Shown one piece after another: positions 29,394 to 39,856 of a stretch of 64,000 bases of DNA. The DNA lies in assembly GCA_050174015.1 (NCBI GenBank), contig JBFXKG010000005.1:128001-192000 (forward strand), written 5' to 3'. The notes beneath the pieces are model-generated. The model made no database searches and was not told the DNA's origin. It worked only from the letters and a program-made list of their open reading frames with translations. The DNA is from Candidatus Krumholzibacteriia bacterium (GTDB taxonomy: Bacteria; Krumholzibacteriota; Krumholzibacteriia; LZORAL124-64-63). Each line of letters opens with the position of its first letter. The first letter of the stretch is position 1. The position numbers were made by a program, and so were the translations under genes.

Positions 29394-30218
29394 TCAGACC
29401 CATTCTTCCCTGAGCACCTCGCCCTGCACGCCCACGATGATCTGCTTGAGGGGCACCTTGCGCTCGGCGTCCATGACGGCTTCCTGAGCCAACCGGAGCA
29501 GTCCGGAACAGCAGGGCACCTGCATCATCAGGACGGTCAGGGTGTTGATCCTCGACAGGTCGATCATGGCGGTCAGCTTGGCCACGTACACGTCCAGGTC
29601 CGAGTCCAGCTTGGGACAGGCCACCGCCACGGCCTTGCCCTTGAGGAACCGGTCGTGGAAGTCTCCGACGGCGAAGGCGCAGCAATCGGCTGCCAGCAGG
29701 ACGTCGGCTCCCTGATAGTAGGGGGCCTTGGGCGAGATCAGATGCAGTTGCACCGGCCACTGCCGCAATTGGCTGGCGGCGGGAATCTGCGGTCCGGGTG
29801 CGCCCAAGGCCGCGGGGGCCGGGTCGGCGAACTGCATGGGCCGGGATCCGGGGCAACCGCCGCCGGCCGAATGCGGTGACGGGGCGCGTGAGGCCCCGGG
29901 CAGCACGGACAGGGGCACCGGAGCCGGCTGGAAATCGGGGGTGGGGCCGCCGCGGTCGGGACCGAGGGAGCGGCCGAGCCCGGCCAGGTGCTTCTCGACG
30001 GCATCCTCGTCGAATGCGGCGGCGTCGCGCTCAACGATGGTGATGGCCCCGCGTGGGCAGTCTCCCAGGCAGGCCCCCAGCCCATCGCAGAGCATGTCGC
30101 CCACCAGCCGGGCCTTGCCGTCGATGATCCGGATGGCCCCTTCGGCGCAGGAGGGGACGCAGTCCCCGCAACCGTCGCAGAGGTCCTCGTCGATGTTCAC
30201 GATCTTCCGCAGCGCCAT
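29394..30218 (-). CDS. 4Fe-4S ferredoxin-domain protein
   Basis: CDGCGDCVPSC, CDGLGACLGDCP, GCPGS, LRQWPVQL, ADC, CPKLD, VPCC. Confidence 0.88.
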   Translation of the reverse strand: MALRKIVNIDEDLCDGCGDCVPSCAEGAIRIIDGKARLVGDMLCDGLGACLGDCPRGAITIVERDAAAFDEDAVEKHLAGLGRSLGPDRGGPTPDFQPAPVPLSVLPGASRAPSPHSAGGGCPGSRPMQFADPAPAALGAPGPQIPAASQLRQWPVQLHLISPKAPYYQGADVLLAADCCAFAVGDFHDRFLKGKAVAVACPKLDSDLDVYVAKLTAMIDLSRINTLTVLMMQVPCCSGLLRLAQEAVMDAERKVPLKQIIVGVQGEVLREEWV

Positions 30219-30257
30219 GGCCACCGCCCCTTGTCTTGCGAATCCACGCCCGTTTTC

Positions 30258-30310
30258 AAATCGGACATCATTATCCTGTTTAAGGTAATCCGACCGGTTT
30301 CCCGCGTCAA
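30258..30310 (-). promoter_or_regulatory. promoter with an imperfect palindrome over the start site, upstream of the ferredoxin gene
   Basis: minus strand TTGACG-N17-TACCTT; AAATCGGACA-TCAT-TATCCTGTTT (7/10 IR) immediately downstream. Confidence 0.45.
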
Positions 30311-30399
30311 AGGGAGATTGGGTTTTGGGCGGAAGGCGGTCCGTGGCGTATGATGGCCGCCGTCGTCCCTTCCCCCTTCCCCTTCCGCCCGGAGCACCC

Positions 30400-30726
30400 A
30401 TGGCCTGGATCGTTCTCGTCGTCGCCGGTATCTTCGAATGCGCCTGGGCCATCGGACTGAAGTCCAGCCAGGGGCTGACCCGCCTGTGGCCCTCGGTCTT
30501 CACGGGGGTGACCATGGCGATCAGCCTGTACCTGCTGTCGGTCGCCATGAAGACCATTCCCCTGGGCACGGCGTATGCGGTGTGGACGGGCATCGGGGCC
30601 ATCGGCGTGGCGGCGCTGGGGATGATCCTGTTCGGGGAGTCCCGCGAGTGGGTGAGGGTGGCGTGCATCCTGCTGATCGTCGCGGGAGTGGTGGGACTGC
30701 GGGTGTTCTCCCGCGGTTCGGGATGA
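30400..30726 (+). CDS. sugE: SMR family exporter, SugE/Gdx type
   Basis: [31 protein letters not shown]. Confidence 0.88.
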   Translation: MAWIVLVVAGIFECAWAIGLKSSQGLTRLWPSVFTGVTMAISLYLLSVAMKTIPLGTAYAVWTGIGAIGVAALGMILFGESREWVRVACILLIVAGVVGLRVFSRGSG

Positions 30727-30772
30727 TCGGCCCCGGGCGGCTCGTGGCCGCGACCGGATGCGGGGCGAAGAA

Positions 30773-32536
30773 TCACCCGGTCGGCGGAACCCTGGGAATG
30801 CGGCTCCGGGCCGTCCGGGGCGCGATGATGAGGGCGGCTCCCAGCAGGGCGAATCCCACGCAGAGGGTCAGGGCGTTTCCCACCTGGAGATCCTCGAGGA
30901 CCAGCTTGACGCAGGCGAACAGCAGGACCGGATAGACCAGCCAGGACAGCTCGGGCAGGGCCAGCCTGCCGGAGACGACGGCCAGGAGGACCGCGGTCAG
31001 GGCCAGGACGGCGGTCCGCAGGAGGGCGGTCAGGGCGGGATCGGGGTCCGGGGGCGTTCCGGCCGACAGTCCGACCAACCCCATGACGAGAAGCTGCCCC
31101 ACGCCGCCCAGGAACATGGCGGCCGGGAAGAAGCGTGGGATGACCAGAGCGATGGAAAGATCCTGCTCCCTGTGGCCCCGGGCCATGATGAGATATCCGG
31201 CCAGGGCGGCCAGCATGACCACGGCCGACGGGAGGTCCGTCCCCGTCCGGATCGAATCGGGAGGGGACATGAAGGTGGCGAAGGAACTCCTCGCCAACCC
31301 CGAACCGACCGCGGCGAGGAATAGGTAGACCGCGGCATGGAACCTCAGGGTGACCCGGCGGAAGGCGGCCCCGAGGCCCGCCGCGGCGAGGCCGAGCAGG
31401 ACCCAGCACCACACCAGCCAGGAGCCGTGGGCGACGGTCAGGCTGCCGATGGCCAGGAAGACCAGGGCGAGCGAAGCGAAGTAGAAGAATCCCCGGCCCC
31501 GGCCCCGGCGTGACCGGATGAAGATGAACGCCACGGCGTATCCTGCCAGGGCGGACAGGAGTGCGAACCATCCCAGGGCCACGGCGCCCTGGCCGTTGGT
31601 CTGGGCGATCCGGACGGCTCCTCCGAAACCCACCGCGACCGCGCCGACGGACTGGACCACGTCGAAGACCCTGACGCCGCGCCCCTGGATCAGGGCCCGC
31701 CAGGTGAAGATCCCCAGATAGACCAGCAGGTGGCAGACCGCCAGGGTCTGGACCCGGAAGGGATGGATCCCGGCGGGAATGCGGCCGGGATCGCCCGAGG
31801 CGGCGACCACCAGCCAGAGCAGAAGGACGTTGAGGAGACCGGCCACCACCCAGCGCTTGAGGTGCCAGTGGCGGGAATAGGCCAGCAGGCAGGTTCCGGC
31901 GCCCAGCAGGAGGAGGAAGGAGGCGCTCTCCAGGTAGGCCTCCTTCGACTTGATGAGGGTGACGACCACCATCAGCGCACCGAGGGTGAAGGTCCAGGCC
32001 AGGAACCTCAGGCGCCTCCGCCATGCCGCAAACATTCCGGCGCCCGTCACCAGGGCGAGGCCACCCACGGCTCCGAGGGGAGAGAGCAGGGCGCGGGTCC
32101 CGCCCGATTCGGCGATCAGGGGAAAGGCGATGACGGCGGCGGTCAAGCCGTGGGCGACGGCCCCGATCCCGTCGTTGCGCCCACCCGCCCGGTGGAGCAT
32201 CCAGATCAGCGCGAGGCAGTAGCCCAGGCCGGCCAGGGCGCCGCCCAGGGCGGGGATGGTGCCCGCATCGGACATGAACCGCAGGAGGAAGGCTCCGGCC
32301 AGCACCAGGACCGATCGCCCGGCAAGGTACCAGAATTTCGCGCCGGAAAAGCCGGCTCTTGCCGGCGAGGGATCCGGAAGCCGGGGTGTGACCAGGGTGG
32401 AGGCGTCCGCCTGTCCAGCCAGGGAAACCCGGTCGCTGCCCGTTTCGAGGACCCGGACCCTGCTCTCGAGGCGGTTGACCGCCGCCTGGAGGCTCTCGAT
32501 GGCCTGGAGCAGGGCTTCCCGGGTGAGTTCGGTCAT
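30773..32536 (-). CDS. large polytopic membrane protein (DUF2339-like)
   Basis: N-terminal coiled coil followed by many TM helices; ATGA-coupled to the NrfD-like gene. Confidence 0.7.
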   Translation of the reverse strand: MTELTREALLQAIESLQAAVNRLESRVRVLETGSDRVSLAGQADASTLVTPRLPDPSPARAGFSGAKFWYLAGRSVLVLAGAFLLRFMSDAGTIPALGGALAGLGYCLALIWMLHRAGGRNDGIGAVAHGLTAAVIAFPLIAESGGTRALLSPLGAVGGLALVTGAGMFAAWRRRLRFLAWTFTLGALMVVVTLIKSKEAYLESASFLLLLGAGTCLLAYSRHWHLKRWVVAGLLNVLLLWLVVAASGDPGRIPAGIHPFRVQTLAVCHLLVYLGIFTWRALIQGRGVRVFDVVQSVGAVAVGFGGAVRIAQTNGQGAVALGWFALLSALAGYAVAFIFIRSRRGRGRGFFYFASLALVFLAIGSLTVAHGSWLVWCWVLLGLAAAGLGAAFRRVTLRFHAAVYLFLAAVGSGLARSSFATFMSPPDSIRTGTDLPSAVVMLAALAGYLIMARGHREQDLSIALVIPRFFPAAMFLGGVGQLLVMGLVGLSAGTPPDPDPALTALLRTAVLALTAVLLAVVSGRLALPELSWLVYPVLLFACVKLVLEDLQVGNALTLCVGFALLGAALIIAPRTARSRIPRVPPTG

Positions 32537-33723
32537 GCCGGGTCCTCTCCGGCGGGCTCCTCGGGCCTGTTCGGGGCCAGGGGAAGGAACCGGTTGAAGA
32601 CTCCCATGATGAAGAAAGGCAGGATGAAGATGAGCAGGGCCATGGCGACCCCCTCGCGTCCGAAGAGTTCGGGCACGTAGCTCTCGCGGAAGCCCACGCC
32701 GCTCTTGGAGAAGATCTGGCCGCCGATCACCACGTTCCAGCGCATGGAGAAGACCTGGATCAGGAGGATGCAGGCTGCGACGAAGGCGATCACGTGGCGC
32801 ATGGGATCGGTGAGGTAGCGGCGCATCAGGACCACGATCGCCAGCAGCACGAAGGGGATCAGCGAGCCGAAGATCATCTGGATGCCGATGAAGGAGAACG
32901 CGATCTTGTCGAAGATCAGGGGCCCCACGATGAGCCACTCCTCGTTCTGTTCGTAGCTCAGGGACACGATCTCCAGGACCTCCAGGGTCACCGTCACGGT
33001 GGCGAACAGCCACAGCCACTGGGCGAGTGACTGGACGCATGCCCCGTCGATCCTGCGGCCGCCGGTCTTGCACAGGATCTCGTAGAGGATCAGGATCATG
33101 GCCACGCCCGAGGTCACCGCCGAGAACAGGAAGATGATGGGCATCAGGGGGGTGGACCAGAAGGCGTTGGCCTTGACCGACCCGAACATGAAGCCGACGT
33201 AGCCGTGGAGGATGCAGGCCGCGGGGATGCCCAGCCCCGCCAGGACCACGACCGCCTTGCGGTCGACTTCCCGGGCGGCCGGGGACGTGTCGTAGACCCC
33301 CAGGGCCAGGGAGGCGAAGAACCACCGCTTGAAGCCGCGGCTGCGGGCGGCGAGTTCGATGATCTCGACCCGGTAGATCAGCCAGATCTCCACGAGCACC
33401 AGGATGAGATAAAGGCCGTAGATCATGCCGAAGGCGCTCATGGCCGAGGTGAAGTGCGGCGTGAGCATGATGTTCAACGCGCGCTCGGGGTGACCCAGGT
33501 GGGCCAGCAGGGGCATGGTCGCCACCAGCAGGAACGACAGGCTGGCCACCATGGACAGGCGGGCCACCGGCTTCAATTCGGAGCGTCCGAACACGTGGTA
33601 GAGGGACGACACGATGAACGCTCCGGCCACCAGCCCGGTGATGTAGGGATAGAGGGCGATCATCAGGCTCCACATGATGTGGAAGTCGTTGGGGAACAGG
33701 AAATTCAGCCCTTGTTCGTGCAT
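32533..33723 (-). CDS. NrfD/PsrC family quinone-interacting membrane subunit
   Basis: W..MIALYPYITGLVAG, HLGHPER, LHGYVGF, RWNVVIGGQ. Confidence 0.9.
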   Translation of the reverse strand: MHEQGLNFLFPNDFHIMWSLMIALYPYITGLVAGAFIVSSLYHVFGRSELKPVARLSMVASLSFLLVATMPLLAHLGHPERALNIMLTPHFTSAMSAFGMIYGLYLILVLVEIWLIYRVEIIELAARSRGFKRWFFASLALGVYDTSPAAREVDRKAVVVLAGLGIPAACILHGYVGFMFGSVKANAFWSTPLMPIIFLFSAVTSGVAMILILYEILCKTGGRRIDGACVQSLAQWLWLFATVTVTLEVLEIVSLSYEQNEEWLIVGPLIFDKIAFSFIGIQMIFGSLIPFVLLAIVVLMRRYLTDPMRHVIAFVAACILLIQVFSMRWNVVIGGQIFSKSGVGFRESYVPELFGREGVAMALLIFILPFFIMGVFNRFLPLAPNRPEEPAGEDPA

Positions 33724-34517
33724 CACCGCACCTCCTTGCTCAGGCCCAGGTAGTTGCAGTTGGGCTGGGTGTGGAGTTCGGGCTTGAGCACCCGCACGTC
33801 CCGGGTGGCCAGGATCTCGGCGACCTCGTCGCCCAGCGCCAGGGCGTCGCCGATCTTGCGGGCACCGGTGGGGCAGTTCTGGACGCAGGCCGTGGTCATC
33901 CCCCTGGTCAGCCGGTGGTAGCACAGGGTGCACTTCGAGGCGGTGTGGGTCTCCGGGTGGATGAACCGCGATCCGTAGGGGCAGGCCTGGACGCAGTAGC
34001 TGCAGCCGATGCACCGTTCCTGATCGACCAGCACCACGCCGTCGGGACTGGTGAACGAGGCCCCGACCGGGCAGAGCTGGACGCATGGGGTGTTCGAGCA
34101 GTGGTTGCAAAGCTTGGGCACGAAGAAGGCCTTGCCGATGTCCTCGCCGGTCGCCCGCGGTTCGAACCCGCCGAGGGCGCCGTCGGGCGAATCGATGGCG
34201 ACCTCGCCCGAGCGGGAGATCTCGTAGCGTTCCACCCAGGTCCGGAAGAAGTGCTTCGGCACCTGGTTCTCGTGACTGCAGGCGCGGACGCAGGCCCCGC
34301 AGCCGATGCACTTGTCGATGTCCACGAGGTAGATGTAGCGGTGGCGGGTGGGATCGTACCCCCCGATGGCGAGGTCCGCGCCCTTGACGGCCGAGCTGGC
34401 GGAGACCAGGGCGAGATCTCCGCTGAACAGGACCACGGCCACCGCCCCCGCCCCCTTGGCGGCGAGGCTCAGGAATTCCCGGCGGCTGCAGCTGCGTTCG
34501 TTCTTCTTGCTGGTCAC
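33723..34517 (-). CDS. NrfC/PsrB-like 4x[4Fe-4S] protein with Tat signal
   Basis: SRREFL; CIGCGACVRAC, CNHC…CVQLCP, CIGCSYCVQACP, KCTLC…ACVQNCP. Confidence 0.92.
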   Translation of the reverse strand: MTSKKNERSCSRREFLSLAAKGAGAVAVVLFSGDLALVSASSAVKGADLAIGGYDPTRHRYIYLVDIDKCIGCGACVRACSHENQVPKHFFRTWVERYEISRSGEVAIDSPDGALGGFEPRATGEDIGKAFFVPKLCNHCSNTPCVQLCPVGASFTSPDGVVLVDQERCIGCSYCVQACPYGSRFIHPETHTASKCTLCYHRLTRGMTTACVQNCPTGARKIGDALALGDEVAEILATRDVRVLKPELHTQPNCNYLGLSKEVR

Positions 34518-34549
34518 GAGGGGATCCTCCGTTTCAGCGCGGGGCCGGT

Positions 34550-35023
34550 TCAGGGTTGGGGATCATGAGGGTCGTGGCACTCCAGGCAAACCCCTTCGGG
34601 GATGGGCTGACCTTCCTCGAGCTCGAGGTGTTCGCGGAGGTGGACGACGGGCACGAAAGCAGGCCGGGCAGGCAAGGGCGCGTGGCAGCGGGCGCACAGG
34701 ATCACCGACCGGTCGATGGCCATGGGGGCGGCCACGTCCCCTTCGTTGATGTGGGTGGCCAGCGGCGCATGGCACGATTCGCAGGACAGTCCCCGGTGGC
34801 GTCCTGCCGCCTTGGCTCCGGCCATGGCGTCGTGGCAATCCCGGCAGGACTCCCGGTCCCCGTGGACGGCGGGGATGGCCATGATCTCGCCCAGGGCATG
34901 GTACCGGTAGAACCCGTGGGCTCCGAAGGATTCGGGAACGGCGAAATGGCGACCGACGATGACGAGAACGAACAGAAGGACCAGCAGGACGGCCATGCGC
35001 CAGAGATGTCGGGTGTGTTCCAT
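34550..35023 (-). CDS. tetraheme cytochrome c
   Basis: N-terminal TM/signal; CRDCH, CESCH, CARCH, CLECH. Confidence 0.9.
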   Translation of the reverse strand: MEHTRHLWRMAVLLVLLFVLVIVGRHFAVPESFGAHGFYRYHALGEIMAIPAVHGDRESCRDCHDAMAGAKAAGRHRGLSCESCHAPLATHINEGDVAAPMAIDRSVILCARCHAPLPARPAFVPVVHLREHLELEEGQPIPEGVCLECHDPHDPQP

Positions 35024-35458
35024 GGCTCAATCTGGACTTTCGTCTGGAGGTGATGTCTTCGTGCCGCCGGGAAGCCGGGGCGGCGGCCCAGGCAGCTTGT
35101 CGGCCGTGGCGAACAGGATCCGGATGAGGGGCCTGGCGGAGGGAGCCGGGGGATCGAGCCGGGGCAGGGTGTCGCATGAGAAGAACAGGCGCCGCAGCGA
35201 GAAGGATCGTGGACTAGCGGGGAGGGGAGGTGGGAGGGGGACCGTGTCGAGGGCGTCCCGCGACCAGAACAGCGACCAGTTCGATTTCAAGGTCCGCAGC
35301 AGCATCGGAGACGCCCTTGGGGGGTGGTATCTTCCCTGTCCTCGGGAAAACCCTATCACAACGATATGAATTCAGTCAAGCGGTTTTCATGACTCAAAAC
35401 AGCGAAACCTGTTGTGGGGTAATGATTAAGAAAACGGATATTGTTATCACAATTCAGG

Positions 35459-36754
35459 TCAAAGCCGGGCTACTCCGATCCAGGCGGCGTGCATGGCGGC
35501 CACCATCACGAAGAAGGTCGTCCTGGCCGCCGTGGGGGTCAGACCCGGGAATTGCAGGGCGATGCTGCCGGTGGGGCAGTTGCTGAGGCAGTCCCCGCAC
35601 AGGGTGCAGGCTTCGCCGGGGACGCGGCGCAGCACGTCCTCGGGATAGAGGGCGTCGTAGCGGCAGGCGGGAGTGCAGGCCCCGCAATCGGTGCAGGCCG
35701 AACTGATCTTCAGGCGCCAGGGCGAGATCTTGCCCAGCCGGGTGGCGAACCAGCCCATGGGGCACCAGGCGGTGCAGTGGGCCATGTGCCCGGCGCGCCG
35801 CGACCACAGGACCATCACCGCGACTCCCGCCAGACCGAAGCCTGCCGCCAGGTAGCCGGCGGCGAGGGTGCCCACGCCCAGGCGTCCCAGCGCGAAGGCG
35901 GTGCCGAGAACCAGGATCCCGATGCCCACCCGCACGTGCGGCCGCCACCGCGGCAACCGGCCTGGCCGCTTGCGCGCGCGGGCCGCCCGGTCGTCCCAGG
36001 CCCCGATGTAGCAAAGCCAGCTGCACCAGGCCGGCCCCACCAGGAGGATGGACGAGGTGAACAGGATCGCCATGAAGATCCCGCCGCCCCGGAAGATCGG
36101 GCCGGCGGCGATGAGGGCCGGCACCGGCAGGTGCAGTTTCCCTGTCATCAGGAGCTTTTCCAGGCCGGAGAGGCCCAGCACCAGCTGGGTGAAGAAGACC
36201 AGGGAAAAGGCCAGCCACACCTTCGGCCGCAGCTTCTTGATGGTGCGGGGATCCCGCAGGCGGTCGGACAGCCACCCGGCGTAGAAGGCCAGCACCAGCC
36301 CTTCCCACCAGCCGGCGAAGGGCAGGAATCTTTCCGCCAGCAGCCCGGCCGGATCCATGAACAGCTGGACGGGGACGAGCAGGCCGCAGGTCAGCAGGAA
36401 GGCGGCCAGGCCGGCGGCCACGGGGTCGCGTTCGGGCAGGCGCCGACGCCGGCCGGACGTGTTCAGGAGCAGTCCGGACAAGGCGGTGAACAGGGCGACG
36501 CCCCCGAGGATGGCGGCCATGCGCCCGTAGGGCAGACCCGCCATCCGGCGGATGCCCACGAGGGACTCGATGGTCAGGATCCATTCGACCGCTCCGGCCG
36601 CGAGGACCCCCTGGATCGCCAGGTCGGCCCAGCGGCGGCGCAACAGGAGGGCGAAGGGGAGGGCCAGCCACATCCCGACCAGGCCGGGCTCTCCGCCCCG
36701 GCTGTGATGGGCGGCCATGACCAGGCAGGACAGGATCAACGGAACATAACGCAT
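35459..36754 (-). CDS. membrane 4Fe-4S protein (NapH/polyferredoxin-like)
   Basis: multi-TM; WCSWLC, HCTAWCP, CTDCGACTPAC, CTLCGDCLSNCP. Confidence 0.85.
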   Translation of the reverse strand: MRYVPLILSCLVMAAHHSRGGEPGLVGMWLALPFALLLRRRWADLAIQGVLAAGAVEWILTIESLVGIRRMAGLPYGRMAAILGGVALFTALSGLLLNTSGRRRRLPERDPVAAGLAAFLLTCGLLVPVQLFMDPAGLLAERFLPFAGWWEGLVLAFYAGWLSDRLRDPRTIKKLRPKVWLAFSLVFFTQLVLGLSGLEKLLMTGKLHLPVPALIAAGPIFRGGGIFMAILFTSSILLVGPAWCSWLCYIGAWDDRAARARKRPGRLPRWRPHVRVGIGILVLGTAFALGRLGVGTLAAGYLAAGFGLAGVAVMVLWSRRAGHMAHCTAWCPMGWFATRLGKISPWRLKISSACTDCGACTPACRYDALYPEDVLRRVPGEACTLCGDCLSNCPTGSIALQFPGLTPTAARTTFFVMVAAMHAAWIGVARL

Positions 36755-36996
36755 GAGGACCTCCTCTGAGATGGAAACTAACAGGTGACCAGTCCGGAGT
36801 CAAATCTTTAAAGGTATGCCTTTATTGGATATACGATGTCCATAACGGGATCGGGATGAAAAAGTGATGAAAATACTCCAGAAAACCACTTGGCAATTAA
36901 TCTCCATGAATGTTAAAATCACACCTCGTCAGAATATCCGGGATTGTGATCCCGGATTTCCCAGTCACCAGGTCTCGAATCGTGGGGGGAGCCACC

Positions 36997-38271
36997 ATGA
37001 ATAGAATCAAGCTCGGATTCCTGGTCTTCTGCGCGGCGGTGATCGCCATGACCACGGTCGCGGGGGCGCGGCCCGAACAGGTGGAACTCGTGGGGGACGT
37101 CACCTATGTGGGGGCCCAGGGCGACGTGATCGTCGGCAGCCGCTGCGCAGCCTTCGATGACCCTGGAATCGTCGCCGAGCGGGCCCCCGCCGACCTCGAC
37201 CGCTGGATCCGGGAGCGCGCGGGCGAGAAGGCCGTGATCAGCATCCCGGTGGCCATGCACAACATCTACGCCAGCCAGACCAGCGGTTACGTCACCGACC
37301 AGATGGTCACTGACCAGATCCAGGTTCTGAACGACGCCTATGCCGGTACGGGAATCAGCTTCTACCTGCACCACTTCGCCCGTTACCAGTCGTCCCGCTA
37401 CTATAGCTTCGACTATTACACGCGCGAGGAGAAGGCCGTGAAGCAGTACCTCGCCATCGACCCGGCCCACGTGCTGAACATCTACCTGCAGAGCCCTCCG
37501 GGCGGCCTGCTGGGTTGGGCCTACTTCCCGTGGATGGCTCCGGAGAACCACTGGGGCCACGGCGTCGTGATGCTGGGCGAGTCGCTCCCCGGCGGGTCCG
37601 CGGCCCCCTACAACGAGGGCGACACGGGAACCCATGAGGTCGGCCACTACCTCGGCCTTTACCACACCTTCCAGAACGGCTGCTTCGGCAACGGCGACGA
37701 GGTGGACGACACGCCGTTCGAACTGATCCCCGCCTACGGTTGCCCCGAGGGCCGGGACACCTGCCCGGGCGCCGGCGCCGATCCCATCCACAACTTCATG
37801 GACTACACCGACGACTCCTGCATGGATCACTTCACCTCGGGCCAGTCGGGACGGATCGACTGGGCCGTGACGACCTACCGCCCCAGCCTGGGCGGGACCC
37901 CGGCCAAGGCCGCCGTCGCGGCCGACAAGGCGGGCGCCGATTTCGACGCGGCCATCGACGCCATCCTGGCCCAGGACCGGTTCGACGAGCCGGCGGCCAT
38001 CGCAGCCTACGCTCCCGTGCTGGGCGACATCGCTCCCAACCCGTTCAACCCCATGACCACCGTGGCGTTCGAGCTGCCCCGCAGCGCGCACGTCAGCATC
38101 GCCGTGTACGATCTGGCCGGTCGCCAGGTCCGCACCCTGGTGGACGGGGAGCGCGAGGCCGGCCGCCACGAGGTCACCCTCGACGGAAGCGGCCTGGCCA
38201 GCGGCGTCTACATGGTGCGGATGCTGAGCGCCGGAGTCGACGAGAGCCGGCGGATCACCTTGCTGAAGTAG
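36997..38271 (+). CDS. secreted M43 (ulilysin/pappalysin-type) zinc metalloprotease with FlgD-Ig/T9SS-type CTD
   Basis: HEVGHYLGLYH, NFMDYT Met-turn; C-terminal PNPFNP…YDLAGRQVRTL…ASGVY…TLLK. Confidence 0.92.
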   Translation: MNRIKLGFLVFCAAVIAMTTVAGARPEQVELVGDVTYVGAQGDVIVGSRCAAFDDPGIVAERAPADLDRWIRERAGEKAVISIPVAMHNIYASQTSGYVTDQMVTDQIQVLNDAYAGTGISFYLHHFARYQSSRYYSFDYYTREEKAVKQYLAIDPAHVLNIYLQSPPGGLLGWAYFPWMAPENHWGHGVVMLGESLPGGSAAPYNEGDTGTHEVGHYLGLYHTFQNGCFGNGDEVDDTPFELIPAYGCPEGRDTCPGAGADPIHNFMDYTDDSCMDHFTSGQSGRIDWAVTTYRPSLGGTPAKAAVAADKAGADFDAAIDAILAQDRFDEPAAIAAYAPVLGDIAPNPFNPMTTVAFELPRSAHVSIAVYDLAGRQVRTLVDGEREAGRHEVTLDGSGLASGVYMVRMLSAGVDESRRITLLK

Positions 38272-38294
38272 GATCCGCCTCCAGGGATCATACC

Positions 38295-38334
38295 CCGGCC
38301 GTTCCGGATTCGTCCCGGAACGGCCGGTTTTTTC
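38295..38334 (+). terminator. intrinsic terminator
   Basis: CCGGCCGTTCCGG…CCGGAACGGCCGG followed by TTTTTT. Confidence 0.85.
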
Positions 38335-38420
38335 TTGGAAAGAGCCGCCCCCGCGTCACACCTTGAAGGGGTGATCGCGCCGGTCCGCAGGCCGGTCCAG
38401 CCCCACCGAAAGGCGCGCCC

Positions 38421-38924
38421 ATGAGCACCGACGTCCGCGCCGCCCTGGCTTCGCGCCGGGACGAGATCAGTTCCGCCGTCTTCTCCCGGCTCCACGATTC
38501 CACCGCCGTCCATTACCGTCAGGCCGACCAGGAGCTCCTGCGCGGCCGCGCCGACCGCCTGGTGGACGCCTTCCTGGACGCCTTGCCCGGCCGCCCCGCG
38601 GTCTTCATCGATTTCATCGGGGCGATCGCCCGGGAGCGCATCGGCGAGGGATTCGCCCTCAGGGAGATCCAGCTCGCCCTGAGCATCCTGGAGGATCAGG
38701 CCTGGAAGCTGGTGGCCGCGGTGATTCCCGCCGGCGGCCAGGTCGCCGCCCTGGGGTTGGTGACCACCATCATCGGAGCGGCCAAGGACCAGCTGGCCAA
38801 CGTCTACCTCCAGGAGATGCTCGACCTGCGGAGCCGCATGTCCAGCCTGGGCCTGGCGACCGAGACCCTGGCCGGGGGGACGGACAGCGGTCCCGCCTCG
38901 CCGGAGGATTGCCTGGCCCGCTGA
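38421..38924 (+). CDS. hypothetical helical protein (RsbRD-N/globin-like sensor)
   Basis: all-helical pattern with AR.R..EGF.L.EIQ.AL motif. Confidence 0.55.
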   Translation: MSTDVRAALASRRDEISSAVFSRLHDSTAVHYRQADQELLRGRADRLVDAFLDALPGRPAVFIDFIGAIARERIGEGFALREIQLALSILEDQAWKLVAAVIPAGGQVAALGLVTTIIGAAKDQLANVYLQEMLDLRSRMSSLGLATETLAGGTDSGPASPEDCLAR

Positions 38925-39090
38925 CCTTCCGGCCTGTGCGGGGACCAGGCGGCCAAGGCCCGGCAGGCCGGGGCCCACTCCGGAGCCCACGCGGTACAGG
39001 GCCCACACAGGGCCCACGCGGCAGTTGTGCCGTGGCGACGCTTCGTGATACGGTGGCAGGAGACCCCGTTCACCCCCAACCGGAGCCGCC

Positions 39091-39846
39091 ATGCTGCGCA
39101 TCCCCGACCGAGGCCGGCACGTCACCCGGGAACCATCGGTCATCGCTCAGAACCTGCTGGGCCGGCCGCTGGCCACATTCCGGCGCCGGAGCCTGGCCTA
39201 CCTCTTCGACCTGACCCTGTTCGCCACCCTGTTCGGGGCCTTGTTCATGGGACTGACGCTGCTGAACATCCGCAGCGCCGATCCCACCCTGTTGCCAAGG
39301 CTGGAGGCGCTGATGTCCGGGGATGCGCCCGCGGATTCCACCAGCGCCTCGCGGCTCGCCCTCGACGCGCTGGTCATGGTCGGGGAGCGAATCCCCGACG
39401 CCCTGCCGCCGCGCGTGGCCGAGGCCGTCGCGGCGCGGGACCTGGAGGGAGTGAAGCGGGAATTCCTCGACCGGGACGTGGTGGTCGGACTGTCCTCGGG
39501 CCCCACCCGCCTGCGCGACGGCCGCTTCGAGGTCGGGCCCGATCTGCTGCTGGGCAGCTATTCCAGCGCCTTCAGCTGGGGCGCGTTCTTCGTGGGTTGG
39601 TTCACCCTGTGGACGAGGCTGCTGAAGGGGCGCACCCCGGGGAAGTTCCTGTTCGGCCTGCAGATCGTCAAGCTGGACGGCAAGCCCCTGTCCTGGTGGG
39701 ACGCCTTCGGCCGCAGCGGAGGCTACGGAGCGAGCGCGGCGACGGCGTTCCTGGGTTTTCTCGAGGCGATCTGGCACCCCAACCGCCAGGCCATTCATGA
39801 CCGCATCAGCGGAACCGTGGTGATCAGGCGCCCCCTCCGTCCGTGA
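39091..39846 (+). CDS. RDD family membrane protein
   Basis: RRSLAYLFD, GRTPGKFLFGLQIV, RQAIHDRISGTVV. Confidence 0.88.
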   Translation: MLRIPDRGRHVTREPSVIAQNLLGRPLATFRRRSLAYLFDLTLFATLFGALFMGLTLLNIRSADPTLLPRLEALMSGDAPADSTSASRLALDALVMVGERIPDALPPRVAEAVAARDLEGVKREFLDRDVVVGLSSGPTRLRDGRFEVGPDLLLGSYSSAFSWGAFFVGWFTLWTRLLKGRTPGKFLFGLQIVKLDGKPLSWWDAFGRSGGYGASAATAFLGFLEAIWHPNRQAIHDRISGTVVIRRPLRP

Positions 39847-39856
39847 AGGAGCCACC

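Noticed and set aside
30310..30399. Guanidine riboswitch upstream of sugE/gdx
   Set aside because: No twin ACGR-loop hairpins or ykkC-like features seen on the sense strand, and the leader is short; a covariance-model search would be decisive.
29394..32024. 876-aa ORF that looks like a large fusion ending in a ferredoxin
   Set aside because: Only the last 274 aa (from 30218) are protein-like; the upstream part overlaps sugE and the DUF2339-like gene. The 966-aa ORF 30773-33673 is likewise trimmed to start at 32536.
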